From the NCBI GenBank assembly GCA_963796275.1, contig CAWCKY010000006.1:2400001-2464000 (forward strand): a stretch of DNA of 64,000 nucleotides, read 5' to 3'. Both the position numbers and the translations under genes were made by a program. Shown one piece after another: positions 53,205 to 63,720 of this stretch. The notes beneath the pieces are model-generated. The model searched no databases, was not told the origin of the DNA, and was given only the letters and a program-made list of their open reading frames with translations. The first letter of the stretch is position 1. Each line of letters opens with the position of its first letter. Source of the DNA: an uncultured Acidobacteriota bacterium (GTDB taxonomy: Bacteria > Acidobacteriota > Blastocatellia > RBC074).

Positions 53205-53562
53205 ATGAGGCGTCTTTGCTTCTCTTTCTTGTCGGCGCGGTCCTGGCGATTGCTACATCGCCGGCCACATTGGCAAACGCCCCGCCGAAGAGTTGTACGA
53301 TGTGAGCAAAGATCCCGACTGCTTGACCAATCTGGCGGGCGATTCAGAGTACCAGGCGATAAAGCAAAAGCTGCGACTTCAAATGGAGGACGAACTCAAA
53401 GCGCAGGGCGATCCGCGAATGTTCGGCAAAGGTCACATCTTCGACCAGTACCAGTACGCCAATCCCGCGCAACGGAATTTTTACGAACGATTTATGCGAG
53501 GGGAAAAACCCAAAGCGGGTTGGGTGAATGAATCGGATTTCGAGAAAGAACCGATCAGATAA
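53205..53562 (+). pseudogene. Internally deleted sulfatase relic (signal peptide fused to C-terminus)
   Basis: GGAG RBS with MRRLCFS / LVGAVLAIA (frameshifted signal), then GKRPAEELYDVSKDPDCLTNLA...QGDPR, an SGSH-like sulfatase C-terminus. Confidence 0.8.
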
Positions 53563-53636
53563 TCCTGATGCCCAGGGCTTGTTTCCACGCGGATCACTGG
53601 CGGTCGCGTCTGCTTTATTGTTAACAAGAGGTTTAA

Positions 53637-54536
53637 TTGCCCATGTCTTTTGATGCCATGCGTCGTGCCACGCGCTCCATCGCCGTTTTGATTTTCGTGG
53701 CTCTGTGCGCCACGGCCGCGTCCCAGACGGCTACGACGCAGACCGCGGCGGGCGTATCAGCGCCGCTCGACCTGTCGGGGTATGACCTGCGCTTATTTTA
53801 CGAAAATGATTTCAGCCGGCCGCAGAAGATTGCCCGCGAAGAGGATCTGATTGAGCAGGCCGGCGCCGTCTGGAGACGCAAAGCCAATCCCGCGCCCGAT
53901 GCGGAGTGGATCGCCGAGGGATGGGGAGGCGCGGAGGGTCGCGACGGCCGGCTGCTTGTGGCCCCATCGCCTTTTGACGCGTCCGGCAAACCACGATCTG
54001 TCGAACAGGGCCGTCGCTCACATATGGTGATCTGGAATAGCCGCACCTTTCCGGCGGACTTCCTCCTCGAATTCGAGATGAGCCCCTGCGGATCTACCAA
54101 CGGGCTTACCATTGTTCTCTTCTGCGCCGCTGGACTGAATGGCGAAGATATTTTCGACTTGTCACTGCCGCCGCGCCGGGCCGAATATCAAGCCTATCAC
54201 AGCGGATTGATAAGCAACTACACCGATTCCTACTGGAGCCGGAACAACGAGGCGGAAAGCCTCTCAAATCGCCTTCGCAAGAATCCTGGCTTCAAACAGG
54301 TGGCCGAAGGCCAGAGCCTGACCACCGGCCCGACCGATGTTAGGCATCGTCTTCGTATTCTCAAGAGCGGCGCGCGCATTGAAGTTGAAGTCAACGGCAA
54401 GGTCGCCATCAGGTTTGACGACCCCGAACGCCCGCACGGCGTGGGGCGGATCGGGCTGCGTTCAATGGAAGGCGTGACTATGGTAGCTTACGACAACTTC
54501 AAAGTATGGCAGGTTACCGCCAAACGAATCCAATAA
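53637..54536 (+). CDS. YesU/DUF1961-like concanavalin/LamG-fold secreted protein
   Basis: YENDF, HMVIW...FPADFLLEFE, Y.DSYW.R, LRKNPG, GRIGLRSM, YDNFKVW. Confidence 0.75.
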   Translation: MPMSFDAMRRATRSIAVLIFVALCATAASQTATTQTAAGVSAPLDLSGYDLRLFYENDFSRPQKIAREEDLIEQAGAVWRRKANPAPDAEWIAEGWGGAEGRDGRLLVAPSPFDASGKPRSVEQGRRSHMVIWNSRTFPADFLLEFEMSPCGSTNGLTIVLFCAAGLNGEDIFDLSLPPRRAEYQAYHSGLISNYTDSYWSRNNEAESLSNRLRKNPGFKQVAEGQSLTTGPTDVRHRLRILKSGARIEVEVNGKVAIRFDDPERPHGVGRIGLRSMEGVTMVAYDNFKVWQVTAKRIQ

Positions 54537-54552
54537 CTCGGTTAGAAACGCT

Positions 54553-57351
54553 ATGAAAACGAGATTGACCTTTAATGTTTTGACAAACCAGTTCTGTAAG
54601 CATGTTCCATCGCTTACGCTGCTGGGCCTGCTGGTCGTATGTTCCACCTTGTCCGCCGCCGCGCAATCCGATTCATCCGTCATATTGAAATGGCTGGGTG
54701 ATAAGCCCCCGGCGACGTCGATGGGCTCCAGTTGGGGAGTACCGTGGGCCCAGGGCAAGGTTCGGAAAGACCAGGCATTCACCCTGACGACTGCCGATGG
54801 GAAGATTCTGCCTCTGCAAACGTGGCCTCTCGCCTGGTGGCCGGACGGCTCGATCAAGTGGGCGGGCTTCGCTACTGTGGCCGGGCCTGAAACTGCCGGT
54901 TCATTAATGCTCTCCCTGAGTAATATTGCACCGCCCGCGTCAGGGCCGGTCGTGCAAGTCAGAGAGAGCGACACAACCTTTGAAATAGACACCGGACGAT
55001 TGAAGGTCCGCATTCCCAGGTGGGGCGGCAGCCTCATTGATTCGATGGTCATTGACGGCCGCGAAGTGGCGCGACAAGGGCAACTCATCTGTGTCCTGCA
55101 GGATGGCCCCGACGGCGGAGCAGAGAACGCACCCTCGCGCGAGAAATACGCTGCCAAAGTCGAGAGAGTGACGATGGAGCAGTCCGGCCCGGTACGCGCG
55201 GTGGCCAAGATCGAAGGCAAACATCGTGGGCTCAAGAGCAGTCGAGAGTGGCTGCCGTTCGTCGTCCGCCTCTATTTTTATGCCGGACAGGGAACGGTTC
55301 GCCTGGTCCATACCATCGTCTACGACGGTGATGAGAGCAGGGACTTCATACGAGGGTTGGGAGTGGTCTTCTCGGTCCCAATGCGCGAACAGGCTCACAA
55401 CCGCCACCTGCGATTCTCCGGGGAGGGTTTGGGCCTGTGGTCGGAGCCGGTTCAGCCGATGATTGGACGCGGCGGCCGCTTCGCAGCACATCCACAGACG
55501 GCAGTCGACGTTTATCCCGATCAGATTGCCGGCAGGCGCGTCCCGGACAAGGAAGCTTATAATGCGCGCGGCCAGAGCCTGCTGGCCGATTGGGCGGTCT
55601 GGAATGATTTCAAGCTGATTCAGCCCAATGCCGGCGGGTTTACCGTGCTCAAACGAACCAACCCCGAAAGCGCATGGATACCGGCCGGGGCCGGCAAGCG
55701 CGCATCGGGTCTGGTCTTTGCGGGCGACGTAAGCGGTGGATTGGGGGTGAGCGTAAAGAATTTCTGGCAATCCTACCCGGCGTCGCTCGAAGTGCAGAAA
55801 GCATCAGGTGGTGCCGCGGAGCTGATCGCATGGATGTGGTCGCCCGAAGCGCCGGGCATGGATATGCGCCACTACGACACTCGCCCGCATGGCCTCGAAG
55901 CCGTTTACGAAGACGTGCAGCCCGGTTTCAGCACGGCGCACGGGGTGGCGCGCACCAGTGAGCTGATGCTATTTGCGACCGACGCCGTCCCTTCCAAAGA
56001 TGAGACGGCGAAGATGGCGCAGGCCGGCGCCGAGCCGCCGCTGCTTGGTTGCATGCCGCAATATCTGCAAGCGAGCCGCGCCTTCGGCATCTGGGGACTG
56101 GTGGACCGCTCGACCCCGGTGAAACGCGCGATTGAAGAGAGGCTGGCGGCCACGCTCGATTTTTATCTGAAGCAGGTTGATCAGCATAACTGGTATGGGT
56201 TCTGGGATTATGGGGATGTGATGCATTCTTACGACAATGTGCGCCACGTCTGGCGCTACGATCTGGGTGGGATGGCCTGGGACAATACCGAGTTGGGGAC
56301 GGACATGTGGCTCTGGTACAGCTATCTGCGGACGGGCCGCGCCGATGTCTTTCGCATGGCCGAGGCCATGACGCGGCACACTAGCGAAGTAGACACATAT
56401 CATCTGGGCAAGTTCGCCGGTTTAGGTTCCCGCCACAACGTGCGCCACTGGGGATGTGGCGCCAAGGAGGCCCGCATCAGCCAGGCCGCGTACCGCCGCT
56501 TCTATTATTACCTGACCACGGATGAACGCACGGGCGACATCATGCGCGAAGTGCTTAAGGTGGATTACAAGGTCGCGGAATATGATCCGATGCGGCTGGC
56601 CCAGCCGATCACCGAGGCCGAGAAAAAATATCCGACGCGCGTCCGCTTCGGCCCCGACTGGCTTGCCTTCGTCAGCAACTGGATGACCGAATGGGAGCGC
56701 ACTGGCGATACGAAATGGCGCGACAAGATTATTGCGGGCGTCGATAGTTTCGCCAGCATGCCATTCGGCTTGCGCAGCGGGAAAAACCTTTTGTTCGGCT
56801 ACGACCCGGCATCCGCCAGGCTCTATCAACTCTCGGACGAAGCCGGGCAGTACAACCTGGCGACGATCATGGGTGGGGCCGAAGTGGTCTTCGAACTCAA
56901 CTTGATGCTTGACGACGAGCGATGGCAGAAGCTCTGGCTGCAATACTGCCGGCTCAATAGCGCGCCCGGGGAAGTGATCGTCAAGGACATGACTACTGGA
57001 GCCGAGGGCAATGACGCCTCATATGTCCGCGACGGCCGGCTGGCCTCCTACGTCTACCTGAAAACGAAGAACCCGGCATTCATGAAGGTTGGCGTGAATG
57101 CGCTGCTCGCCAACGGGCGGGCCAGGCGAAACGAAGCCATCCAACGGGTGGAAGGGTCGGAGACGCTGAAGCCTGTTGATGAATCAGGTCTGGCTGGGAC
57201 TAACGGGGCGGCGCAGAGCGGCCTCACAACGATAATTTCGCTCGGGATGGTGGGCGATCACCTGCCGGCCGAGTTCCCGCCTCAGGAATCGACGCCCTCG
57301 GGGCAGAGGCGGGGCGCCCAGCCACAGAACCGGAGGACGACAGGGAATTGA
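54553..57351 (+). CDS. Exo-rhamnogalacturonan lyase-like protein (PL26 / YetA / PcRGLX-like)
   Basis: WGVPW, QTWPLAWWPDGSIKW, WYGFWDYGDVMHSYD..RH.WRYDLGGMAWDNTE, GSRHNVRHWGCGAKE. Confidence 0.85.
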   Translation: MKTRLTFNVLTNQFCKHVPSLTLLGLLVVCSTLSAAAQSDSSVILKWLGDKPPATSMGSSWGVPWAQGKVRKDQAFTLTTADGKILPLQTWPLAWWPDGSIKWAGFATVAGPETAGSLMLSLSNIAPPASGPVVQVRESDTTFEIDTGRLKVRIPRWGGSLIDSMVIDGREVARQGQLICVLQDGPDGGAENAPSREKYAAKVERVTMEQSGPVRAVAKIEGKHRGLKSSREWLPFVVRLYFYAGQGTVRLVHTIVYDGDESRDFIRGLGVVFSVPMREQAHNRHLRFSGEGLGLWSEPVQPMIGRGGRFAAHPQTAVDVYPDQIAGRRVPDKEAYNARGQSLLADWAVWNDFKLIQPNAGGFTVLKRTNPESAWIPAGAGKRASGLVFAGDVSGGLGVSVKNFWQSYPASLEVQKASGGAAELIAWMWSPEAPGMDMRHYDTRPHGLEAVYEDVQPGFSTAHGVARTSELMLFATDAVPSKDETAKMAQAGAEPPLLGCMPQYLQASRAFGIWGLVDRSTPVKRAIEERLAATLDFYLKQVDQHNWYGFWDYGDVMHSYDNVRHVWRYDLGGMAWDNTELGTDMWLWYSYLRTGRADVFRMAEAMTRHTSEVDTYHLGKFAGLGSRHNVRHWGCGAKEARISQAAYRRFYYYLTTDERTGDIMREVLKVDYKVAEYDPMRLAQPITEAEKKYPTRVRFGPDWLAFVSNWMTEWERTGDTKWRDKIIAGVDSFASMPFGLRSGKNLLFGYDPASARLYQLSDEAGQYNLATIMGGAEVVFELNLMLDDERWQKLWLQYCRLNSAPGEVIVKDMTTGAEGNDASYVRDGRLASYVYLKTKNPAFMKVGVNALLANGRARRNEAIQRVEGSETLKPVDESGLAGTNGAAQSGLTTIISLGMVGDHLPAEFPPQESTPSGQRRGAQPQNRRTTGN

Positions 57352-57466
57352 TGCAACCGGGTGGATGGCGACAGAAGGATCACCGGGAAACGGGATCGCC
57401 TAATCTGGGCGTCGCCACATCCGAGGGAAATGCGACTGACCAGCAGAATCTGACAAGTCCGTTTGT

Positions 57467-58225
57467 TTATGTGCGCAAATACGACGCGCCGTTGATGTCT
57501 ACAATGCAGCCGGTCAGAAAATCCGTCCCTTCCGACGCCAGAAACAGTATGGTTTGCGCGACTTCATCCGGCCTCGCCACTCGCTTGAGCGGACTTTGGT
57601 TGTTGATATCCTCGCCGCCGGGGCCACGGACTTTCCATGCGACGCGCTCCGTGTCGACAAAGCCGGGCGCGACGGCGAACACGAAGACGTTGTGCGGGGC
57701 CAGAGCCTGAGCCAGCGATTGGCTCATCGCATTCAAGCCGGCCTTACTAGCGCCGTAAGCTGGAGCGTCGGGTTCGCCGCGGAAAGCGCCGCGCGAAGAA
57801 ACGTTAACGATCCTCCCTCCGCCTTGTTTCATCATCTGTTGAGCCGAGCAGAAAGTTACGTTCGCCGTTCCGATCAGGTTGGTGCTGATCGTGTCCCGCC
57901 ATGCCTTTCGCCATTGGTCATAACCGACAGAGGCGATTGGATGGGGTTCGAAAATAGCAGCGTTGTTGATCAGCACGTCAAGACGGCCGAAATCGCGGAC
58001 GACATTCTCGACCAGTTCGCGCGACTGATCGGCGTCAGTGATGTCGGCTCGAATGATCGCGTGCGAACCGCCCTCAAGAAGAGCGAGCGTCTTTTCGGCC
58101 TGCTCGCGATTGTTGTTGTAATGAACGATCACGCGCGCTCCGTGTTCGGCGAACTGCAGCGCGGTGGCGCGGCCGATCCCTTGCGCAGCGCCAGTGATAA
58201 GTACGATTTTGTCTTTAAAATTCAT
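57467..58225 (-). CDS. Short-chain dehydrogenase/reductase (FabG-like)
   Basis: AGGAG RBS with ATG 58225; [28 protein letters not shown]. Confidence 0.95.
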   Translation of the reverse strand: MNFKDKIVLITGAAQGIGRATALQFAEHGARVIVHYNNNREQAEKTLALLEGGSHAIIRADITDADQSRELVENVVRDFGRLDVLINNAAIFEPHPIASVGYDQWRKAWRDTISTNLIGTANVTFCSAQQMMKQGGGRIVNVSSRGAFRGEPDAPAYGASKAGLNAMSQSLAQALAPHNVFVFAVAPGFVDTERVAWKVRGPGGEDINNQSPLKRVARPDEVAQTILFLASEGTDFLTGCIVDINGASYLRT

Positions 58226-58471
58226 ATTCTCCTGATAGTCATCGCCGCGAGTGGTAACCTGCAAGGCTTACGGAATAGGTTTGTAAATTGATCCATACTC
58301 TTCCCCGCTCGCGGGCCGGATAAAAATATTGGGAACATACTGGGCAGGTGGAATAAGAATAACCGCGTCTGCATCTATATTTGTTATTTCAAGTTCCTCA
58401 ATTTCCACAGGCTTATTTTAACTACCATTACTTGTCAAGACTCGCGCACTACCCAATGTTACAGAAGTTAC

Positions 58472-58765
58472 TTACCTCATGGCCTCATCCAAGCAACTAC
58501 CGCAAACAGGTTGAGCCAGCCCAACCGCCTGTTCGTATTTATCGAGCGTGGAGTCGGCCAATATTTCAATCGAGTTTGGCAAATGGTATTCGGCTGCGCA
58601 ATCGGCACAAAAAGCGTATGTAACTACGGCACCTACATCTCCCATATCAACCCGCATCTTTGTGACATTTCGTACCGTATCTCTCATATTAACTAACGAC
58701 TTTACATGCGGGCAGACCAACGCTATCCCCGAGTAGCCGTGAATTTCACAAGCAGTTAGACCCAT
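58472..58765 (-). CDS. Small Cys-rich hypothetical protein (possible Zn-binding)
   Basis: AAAGGAG RBS; 97 aa with CxxH, CxH, CxxC, CxxC; in a lower-GC patch. Confidence 0.7.
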   Translation of the reverse strand: MGLTACEIHGYSGIALVCPHVKSLVNMRDTVRNVTKMRVDMGDVGAVVTYAFCADCAAEYHLPNSIEILADSTLDKYEQAVGLAQPVCGSCLDEAMR

Positions 58766-58876
58766 AATTTCACTCCTTTCCTATTTATTTCAAACGCATT
58801 TGCTACGTGCCGGCGAGATGACCTGTCAGTTGGGCTTACGATGCACGAGGCAACAGGCTATCAACATTACGTGAAA

Positions 58877-60217
58877 TTATCGCTTCTTTGTTTTCCCAGG
58901 TCTCAGTAAATCAAGATCAATAGACATCCCCATGGCGATATATCCCAGACGGTTCGGATGCAGTTTGTCACCTTCACCGCCCGTCGTAGTGTTGTGCACG
59001 AACTCCGCTCTCATTGAGCCTGTTGCCGGATCGGTAATCGCACGGTCGAACTCGACGACGCCATCGAAAACGCCTGAGGTTCGAATGAATTCGTTAAGTA
59101 GTTTGCGTTTTCGGTCTTGTTCGGGAAACCCATGGTTGGGGTTGGCGGCTCCGAGCGCCGGAGTCAGCGTTGCGCCAATCACGCGCACGCCCTGAATTTG
59201 ACTGCGAATACGGCTCACAATCTCTTTCATTCCGGCTTGAACTGCCTCGACTGTGGCGCCTCCGTTCCTGCTGAAGTCGTTGATGCCTTCGAGCCAGATA
59301 ACGGCGCCCACACCGGAGAGTGAGAGCACGTCACGCTCCAGGCGCGCACCTGCCGATGGCCCACCGGCGAAAGGCTTTTGTGGCGCGTACTCAGACGGAC
59401 CGACTACCTGGTTGCCGCCGATGCCGGCGTTGACGACCGAAATGCGATTGCCATAAATGGCGTGCAGTCGCCGCGCCAACACGTCAGGCCAGCGGTCATC
59501 GCCGTTTAAGGTCGAAAGCGTGCCGTCCGTGATCGAATCGCCGAGCGCTACGATTGAGTAAGCGCCAGCCGGCGCCTTCATCTCAAGCGCGTCGAGGAAA
59601 TACCACGATGTAGTGCTGAGTGGAAAGACCGCCTCACTTTCATCGCCACCCCGCGACCCCGCGCCAGGCATGGTGAGGTAGGAGGTCTGCAATGCTTTCG
59701 CATGCCAGGTCATCGGGCCGCTCTCGCCCGGGATATGAAAGCTCACCGCAAGCTTGCGCCCGGCGAGTTCAGCATTTGCTGCTTTGCCTACAAAGGGAAG
59801 CGCGACCGGGTCGCTCCATGCCGATTCACCTGGCGGGATCGTCACATGACTTCTGCCGTCAAATGTCACGCGGCGGTTGGTGCCTGTAACGATGGCGGAA
59901 CTCGAGCGGCTCAGGCCCAGGTATACGCCTCCGAAGGTTACCGGTCTCGCGCCGAATACATTCGAGAAGCGGAGCCGCGCCTCAGGCCCCCAGATTTCAG
60001 GTTTTACGATCAGGCGGAACGACTGATCGCGAGCGCCGGCCTCGGACAAGGGGAACGCCAGCTTCAAGTCCGGCTGCGCAGAAGGGTTACCAGTCGGATA
60101 AGGACCCTGTACGGAACCAACCCAACTCACGACCCATTTATCAGGGGATTGCGCGGCGTTGATCGAGTTGGTGATCAATGCGCACAGTATTAGCAATAAT
60201 GATGCGATTAATCGCAT
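58877..60217 (-). CDS. SGNH/GDSL esterase, secreted
   Basis: AAGGAG RBS; GDSITDG, NAGIGGN, EGIND, DKLHP. Confidence 0.93.
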   Translation of the reverse strand: MRLIASLLLILCALITNSINAAQSPDKWVVSWVGSVQGPYPTGNPSAQPDLKLAFPLSEAGARDQSFRLIVKPEIWGPEARLRFSNVFGARPVTFGGVYLGLSRSSSAIVTGTNRRVTFDGRSHVTIPPGESAWSDPVALPFVGKAANAELAGRKLAVSFHIPGESGPMTWHAKALQTSYLTMPGAGSRGGDESEAVFPLSTTSWYFLDALEMKAPAGAYSIVALGDSITDGTLSTLNGDDRWPDVLARRLHAIYGNRISVVNAGIGGNQVVGPSEYAPQKPFAGGPSAGARLERDVLSLSGVGAVIWLEGINDFSRNGGATVEAVQAGMKEIVSRIRSQIQGVRVIGATLTPALGAANPNHGFPEQDRKRKLLNEFIRTSGVFDGVVEFDRAITDPATGSMRAEFVHNTTTGGEGDKLHPNRLGYIAMGMSIDLDLLRPGKTKKR

Positions 60218-60409
60218 TGTCTTTCTCCTTTATAGTAGGGGGTAGATGTTCGGTGTATTGCCCGTCTAGCATCGGTGATTTTCGGGTGAATAAAAAGCGG
60301 AAGAGAGGAACATTCATTTTTTTGAGAGTCTCTTGCTCATGAGCTCAACAACTTGGAGTTAGCTTGGAGTACCGTCTTCAGGGATCATAACATCACGTGC
60401 GGAATGGAA

Positions 60410-60994
60410 GACCGCGTAAACGCGGAACTCCAAGCGCGATAGTTTGGAGTTCCGCCTTCAGGCGGTCAGAAAATCGATCGAAAAGAAAAAGACCGCGTAA
60501 ACGCGGAACTCCAAGCGCGATAGTTTGGAGTTCCGCCTTCAGGCGGTCAGAAAATCGATCGAAAAGAAAAAGACCGCGTAAACGCGGAACTCCAAACGCG
60601 ATAGTTTGGAGTTCCGCCATCAGGCGGTCTGGAATCATGCGAAAGAAAGAAGACCGCGTAAACGCGGAACTCCAAGCGCGATAGTTCGGAGTTCCGCCTT
60701 CAGGCGGTCTGGAAATCATGCGAAAGAAAAAAGACCGCGTAAACGCGGAACTCCAAGCGCGATAGTTCGGAGTTCCGCCTTCAGGCGGTCTGGAATCATG
60801 CGAAAGAAAAAAGACCGCGTAAACGCGGAACTCCAAGCGCGATAGTTCGGAGTTCCGCCTTCAGGCGGTCTGGAATCATGCGAAAGAAAGAAGACCGCGT
60901 AAACGCGGAACTCCAAGCGCGATAGTTTGGAGTTCCGCCTTCAGGCGGTCTGGAATCATGCGAAAGAAAGAAGACCGCGTAAACGCGGAACTCC
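60410..60994. repeat. BIME-like tandem array of inverted REP doublets (80-81 bp unit)
   Basis: GACCGCGTAAACGCGGAACTCC starts at 60410, 60491, 60572, 60652, 60733, 60813, 60893 and 60973 (8 copies). It alternates with GGAGTTCCGCCTTCAGGCGGTC (7 copies). Linkers are repeated, not unique. Confidence 0.92.
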
Positions 60995-61264
60995 TTTTCG
61001 AACTCCACTTTTGCTGAAGGAGAACTTCAAAATGCTGGTGGCGAATGGTTGCTGGGGGTATTATGGTTTTGAATGGGGACACGCTGGCATCACGAGATCG
61101 AGGATATTGTCAGTCGCATTTCCAACACATTGCAAAAGTGATTCGCCAGTATATGGCTGAAACAGTCTTCAAATCATAAGAGGCCGTGGGCAGAATGCGG
61201 GAAACGATGGTAATCTTGCCACTTCTTCCCAACAGACCTTCATCTTATTAAAAGGGGGATAGCA

Positions 61265-62239
61265 ATGAAAAAAGAGAAATTATCACGTCGTGAATTTGTG
61301 GAACGCACTACATACACGGTAGCTTCAGCGGCTATACTGCCATCCACCCTCGAACCGGTGGCAGAGGCGAAGACGACGCTGCCGCAACGTGAACTCGGTC
61401 GAACTGGAGTCAAAGTACCAATAATTGCTTTTGGCTGTGGCAGTCGATTTCTGATGTACGAAGACGAGCAGGAGGCTCTGCGCGTACTCAATTACGTCAT
61501 CGACAACGGCATCACCTATCTCGACACAGCGATCGATTACGGCAAGGGGCTCAGTGAAACCCGCGTCGGGAAAGTGATGAAGACCCGTCGCAAAGATGTT
61601 TTCCTGGCGACGAAGACGCCACCTTCTGCCCGCACTCGCGATGAGGCGTTGCGTGAAGTCGAGCAAAGTCTCAAGCGTTTGCAGACTGATCATGTCGATC
61701 TTCTGCATATACACAGCCTCGGGGACGATGACGATCTGGCCAAGATTGAGGCGAAGAATGGCGCAATCAAAGCTCTATATGAACTGCGTGATCAAAAAGT
61801 CGCTCGATTTATCGGAATGACCAGCCACACCAACGGTGCTGTCATGGCTAAGGCGATCGAGCATAACGATCTCGACTGTGTACAGATGGCAATGAATCCG
61901 TCACATGCCCTTCAATTCGAAGAACTCGCCCTGCCCGCGGCGAAGAAGAAGAACCTGGGCGTTATTTTGATGAAGGTGACGGCCCAGGAGAAATTGGTGG
62001 GGGAAGGAGCCGGCAAAGCCCACATTGAATCGCTTATTCGCTATGCGCTCACTCTACCTGTGAGCACCGCAGTCATGGGAATGCCGAAGGTTCAGTTTAT
62101 TGACCAAAATATTGCCGCCATTAAATCTTTCAAGCCGCTGAGCGAAGGGGAAATGAAGGGGCTCCGTGAGCAGGTCGCATCTCAACGAATCAGCCTCGAA
62201 CGTTTCTTCACTGATCATCGTGATGGAGCTGAGGTGTGA
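61265..62239 (+). CDS. Aldo/keto reductase with Tat-like leader
   Basis: SRREFV; RELGRTG, LDTAIDY, FLATK, SLKRLQTDHVDLLHIH, IGMTSH. Confidence 0.93.
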   Translation: MKKEKLSRREFVERTTYTVASAAILPSTLEPVAEAKTTLPQRELGRTGVKVPIIAFGCGSRFLMYEDEQEALRVLNYVIDNGITYLDTAIDYGKGLSETRVGKVMKTRRKDVFLATKTPPSARTRDEALREVEQSLKRLQTDHVDLLHIHSLGDDDDLAKIEAKNGAIKALYELRDQKVARFIGMTSHTNGAVMAKAIEHNDLDCVQMAMNPSHALQFEELALPAAKKKNLGVILMKVTAQEKLVGEGAGKAHIESLIRYALTLPVSTAVMGMPKVQFIDQNIAAIKSFKPLSEGEMKGLREQVASQRISLERFFTDHRDGAEV

Positions 62240-63045
62240 ACGACAAACTCGGTTGCTGCAAAAGTCACTGGCCGGTCCAATTTGGCCTGCGCCTGACGAA
62301 AGTTGCAGCCGCCATCGTGCTCTTCGCGTCCTGTCTGTACTCCCAGTCATTGGATGAGTTCCCATTGCTTCGCGTGATCGAGCTGAAGGGAAAGACCTAT
62401 CACGTGCAGGGAATCGAAGCCGATGGTAATCGCCTGTGGGTGACATCCGTTGATAGGGGTACGCAATCCGGCTATCTGCAGGAATTCTCCTTGCCGGATG
62501 GCAAGTTGCTTCGGGAGGTGATGGTTCAGGACGGTTTGCGCTATCACCCCGGAGGTATATCGGCGGCGGGGGAATCATTATGGATTCCGGTGGCGGAGTA
62601 TAAAGCGAACAGCACGAGTGTCATTCAGAAGCGGAGCAAGCGCACCCTGGCGATCGAGGAACAATTCGCAGTGCAGGATCACATCGGATGCATCGCCGTC
62701 CGCGAAAACACTTTGATCGGCGGAAACTGGGACTCACGCGATCTGTATTTCTGGAATTCCGATGGCGCGCTGCTCCGGAAAGTTCCCAATCCTACGCAGA
62801 CCAGTTTCCAGGATATGAAAGTTATCGGCGAAATGTTGATAGGTTCAGGCGCTTCTCCCGGCGGCATAGGAGCCATCGAATGGCTCGATCTCACCACGCT
62901 CAAGCCTCTCAAGCGAATCACGGTTGGAAAGACCGACCGGGGCGATTCCTTCACACGTGAGGGAATGGCAATCCGAGGAGATGAGCTGATGCTCCTGCCC
63001 GAAGACTATTCCAGTCGGCTTTTTGTATTCCGACTGAAAAAGTAG
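62236..63045 (+). CDS. Secreted beta-propeller protein (DUF6454-like)
   Basis: GTGA overlap; YHVQG, YHPGGI, WIPVAEY, DHIG, NWDSR, LLPED. Confidence 0.7.
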   Translation: MNDKLGCCKSHWPVQFGLRLTKVAAAIVLFASCLYSQSLDEFPLLRVIELKGKTYHVQGIEADGNRLWVTSVDRGTQSGYLQEFSLPDGKLLREVMVQDGLRYHPGGISAAGESLWIPVAEYKANSTSVIQKRSKRTLAIEEQFAVQDHIGCIAVRENTLIGGNWDSRDLYFWNSDGALLRKVPNPTQTSFQDMKVIGEMLIGSGASPGGIGAIEWLDLTTLKPLKRITVGKTDRGDSFTREGMAIRGDELMLLPEDYSSRLFVFRLKK

Positions 63046-63273
63046 GGGCCGTTTCCATCGGAACATCTAGCCGTATTCTTGCGGAGATGTTGCTTGGTGT
63101 TGATTAGTGCCTCGCCGTTTAACGCGCGTGTTGCCTCAAGGACACAGCTCTAGCCTTTCGCTTTCAACCGCACGTTTTTTTATCTCACGACGCATCGAAG
63201 GGACGACCTAGATCGTTATCCCGCAATATGAGAGACTCTGGAAACTCGTGATATCTTGGGCCGGTAAAAAGAG

Positions 63274-63720
63274 ATGACTGATGGAAGACCACAAGTCGGA
63301 ATGGGCATTTTGGTGATGCGGCGCGGGCGCGTGTTATTAGGACGCCGACGCGGATCGCATGGCGATGGGTATTACGCCGCCCCCGGCGGACACATCGAAT
63401 TCGGCGAGAGCTTTGAACAAGCCGCTCGCCGCGAAGTCCACGAAGAGACCGGACTGGATATCGCCGATTTGAGACTGCTGTCGGTGGGCAATTACGTTTT
63501 TAAACGCGAAGACGGCGAGCGGCATTACATTGACGTCGATTTCGTTTGCGAAGCGTCCATCGGCGAACCGCAATCGATGGAGCCGGAAAAGTGCCACGGA
63601 TGGGATTGGTATGATTTCGATGATTTGCCCCAGCCGTTGTTCCTCGTCACGCGACGAATGATCGAAAGCCTTCGTTCCGGCGTCACGCTCAACAACCTCT
63701 CGGAAGTTGAGCGGCAATGA
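63274..63720 (+). CDS. NUDIX hydrolase (NUDT15/MutT-like)
   Basis: Nudix box GGHIEFGESFEQAARREVHEETGL; EPEKC.GW.W. Confidence 0.93.
   Translation: MTDGRPQVGMGILVMRRGRVLLGRRRGSHGDGYYAAPGGHIEFGESFEQAARREVHEETGLDIADLRLLSVGNYVFKREDGERHYIDVDFVCEASIGEPQSMEPEKCHGWDWYDFDDLPQPLFLVTRRMIESLRSGVTLNNLSEVERQ

Noticed and set aside
60316-60333. IS-like end (TTTTTTGAGAGTCTC)
   Set aside because: No partner inverted repeat or transposase fragment found nearby.
60410-60994. CRISPR array
   Set aside because: The intervening sequences are repeated rather than unique spacers, units alternate in inverted orientation, and no cas genes are present.
60393-61160. Repeat-peptide ORFs on both strands
   Set aside because: They are by-products of the 80-81 bp DNA repeat, the frame shifts between units, and there is no RBS.
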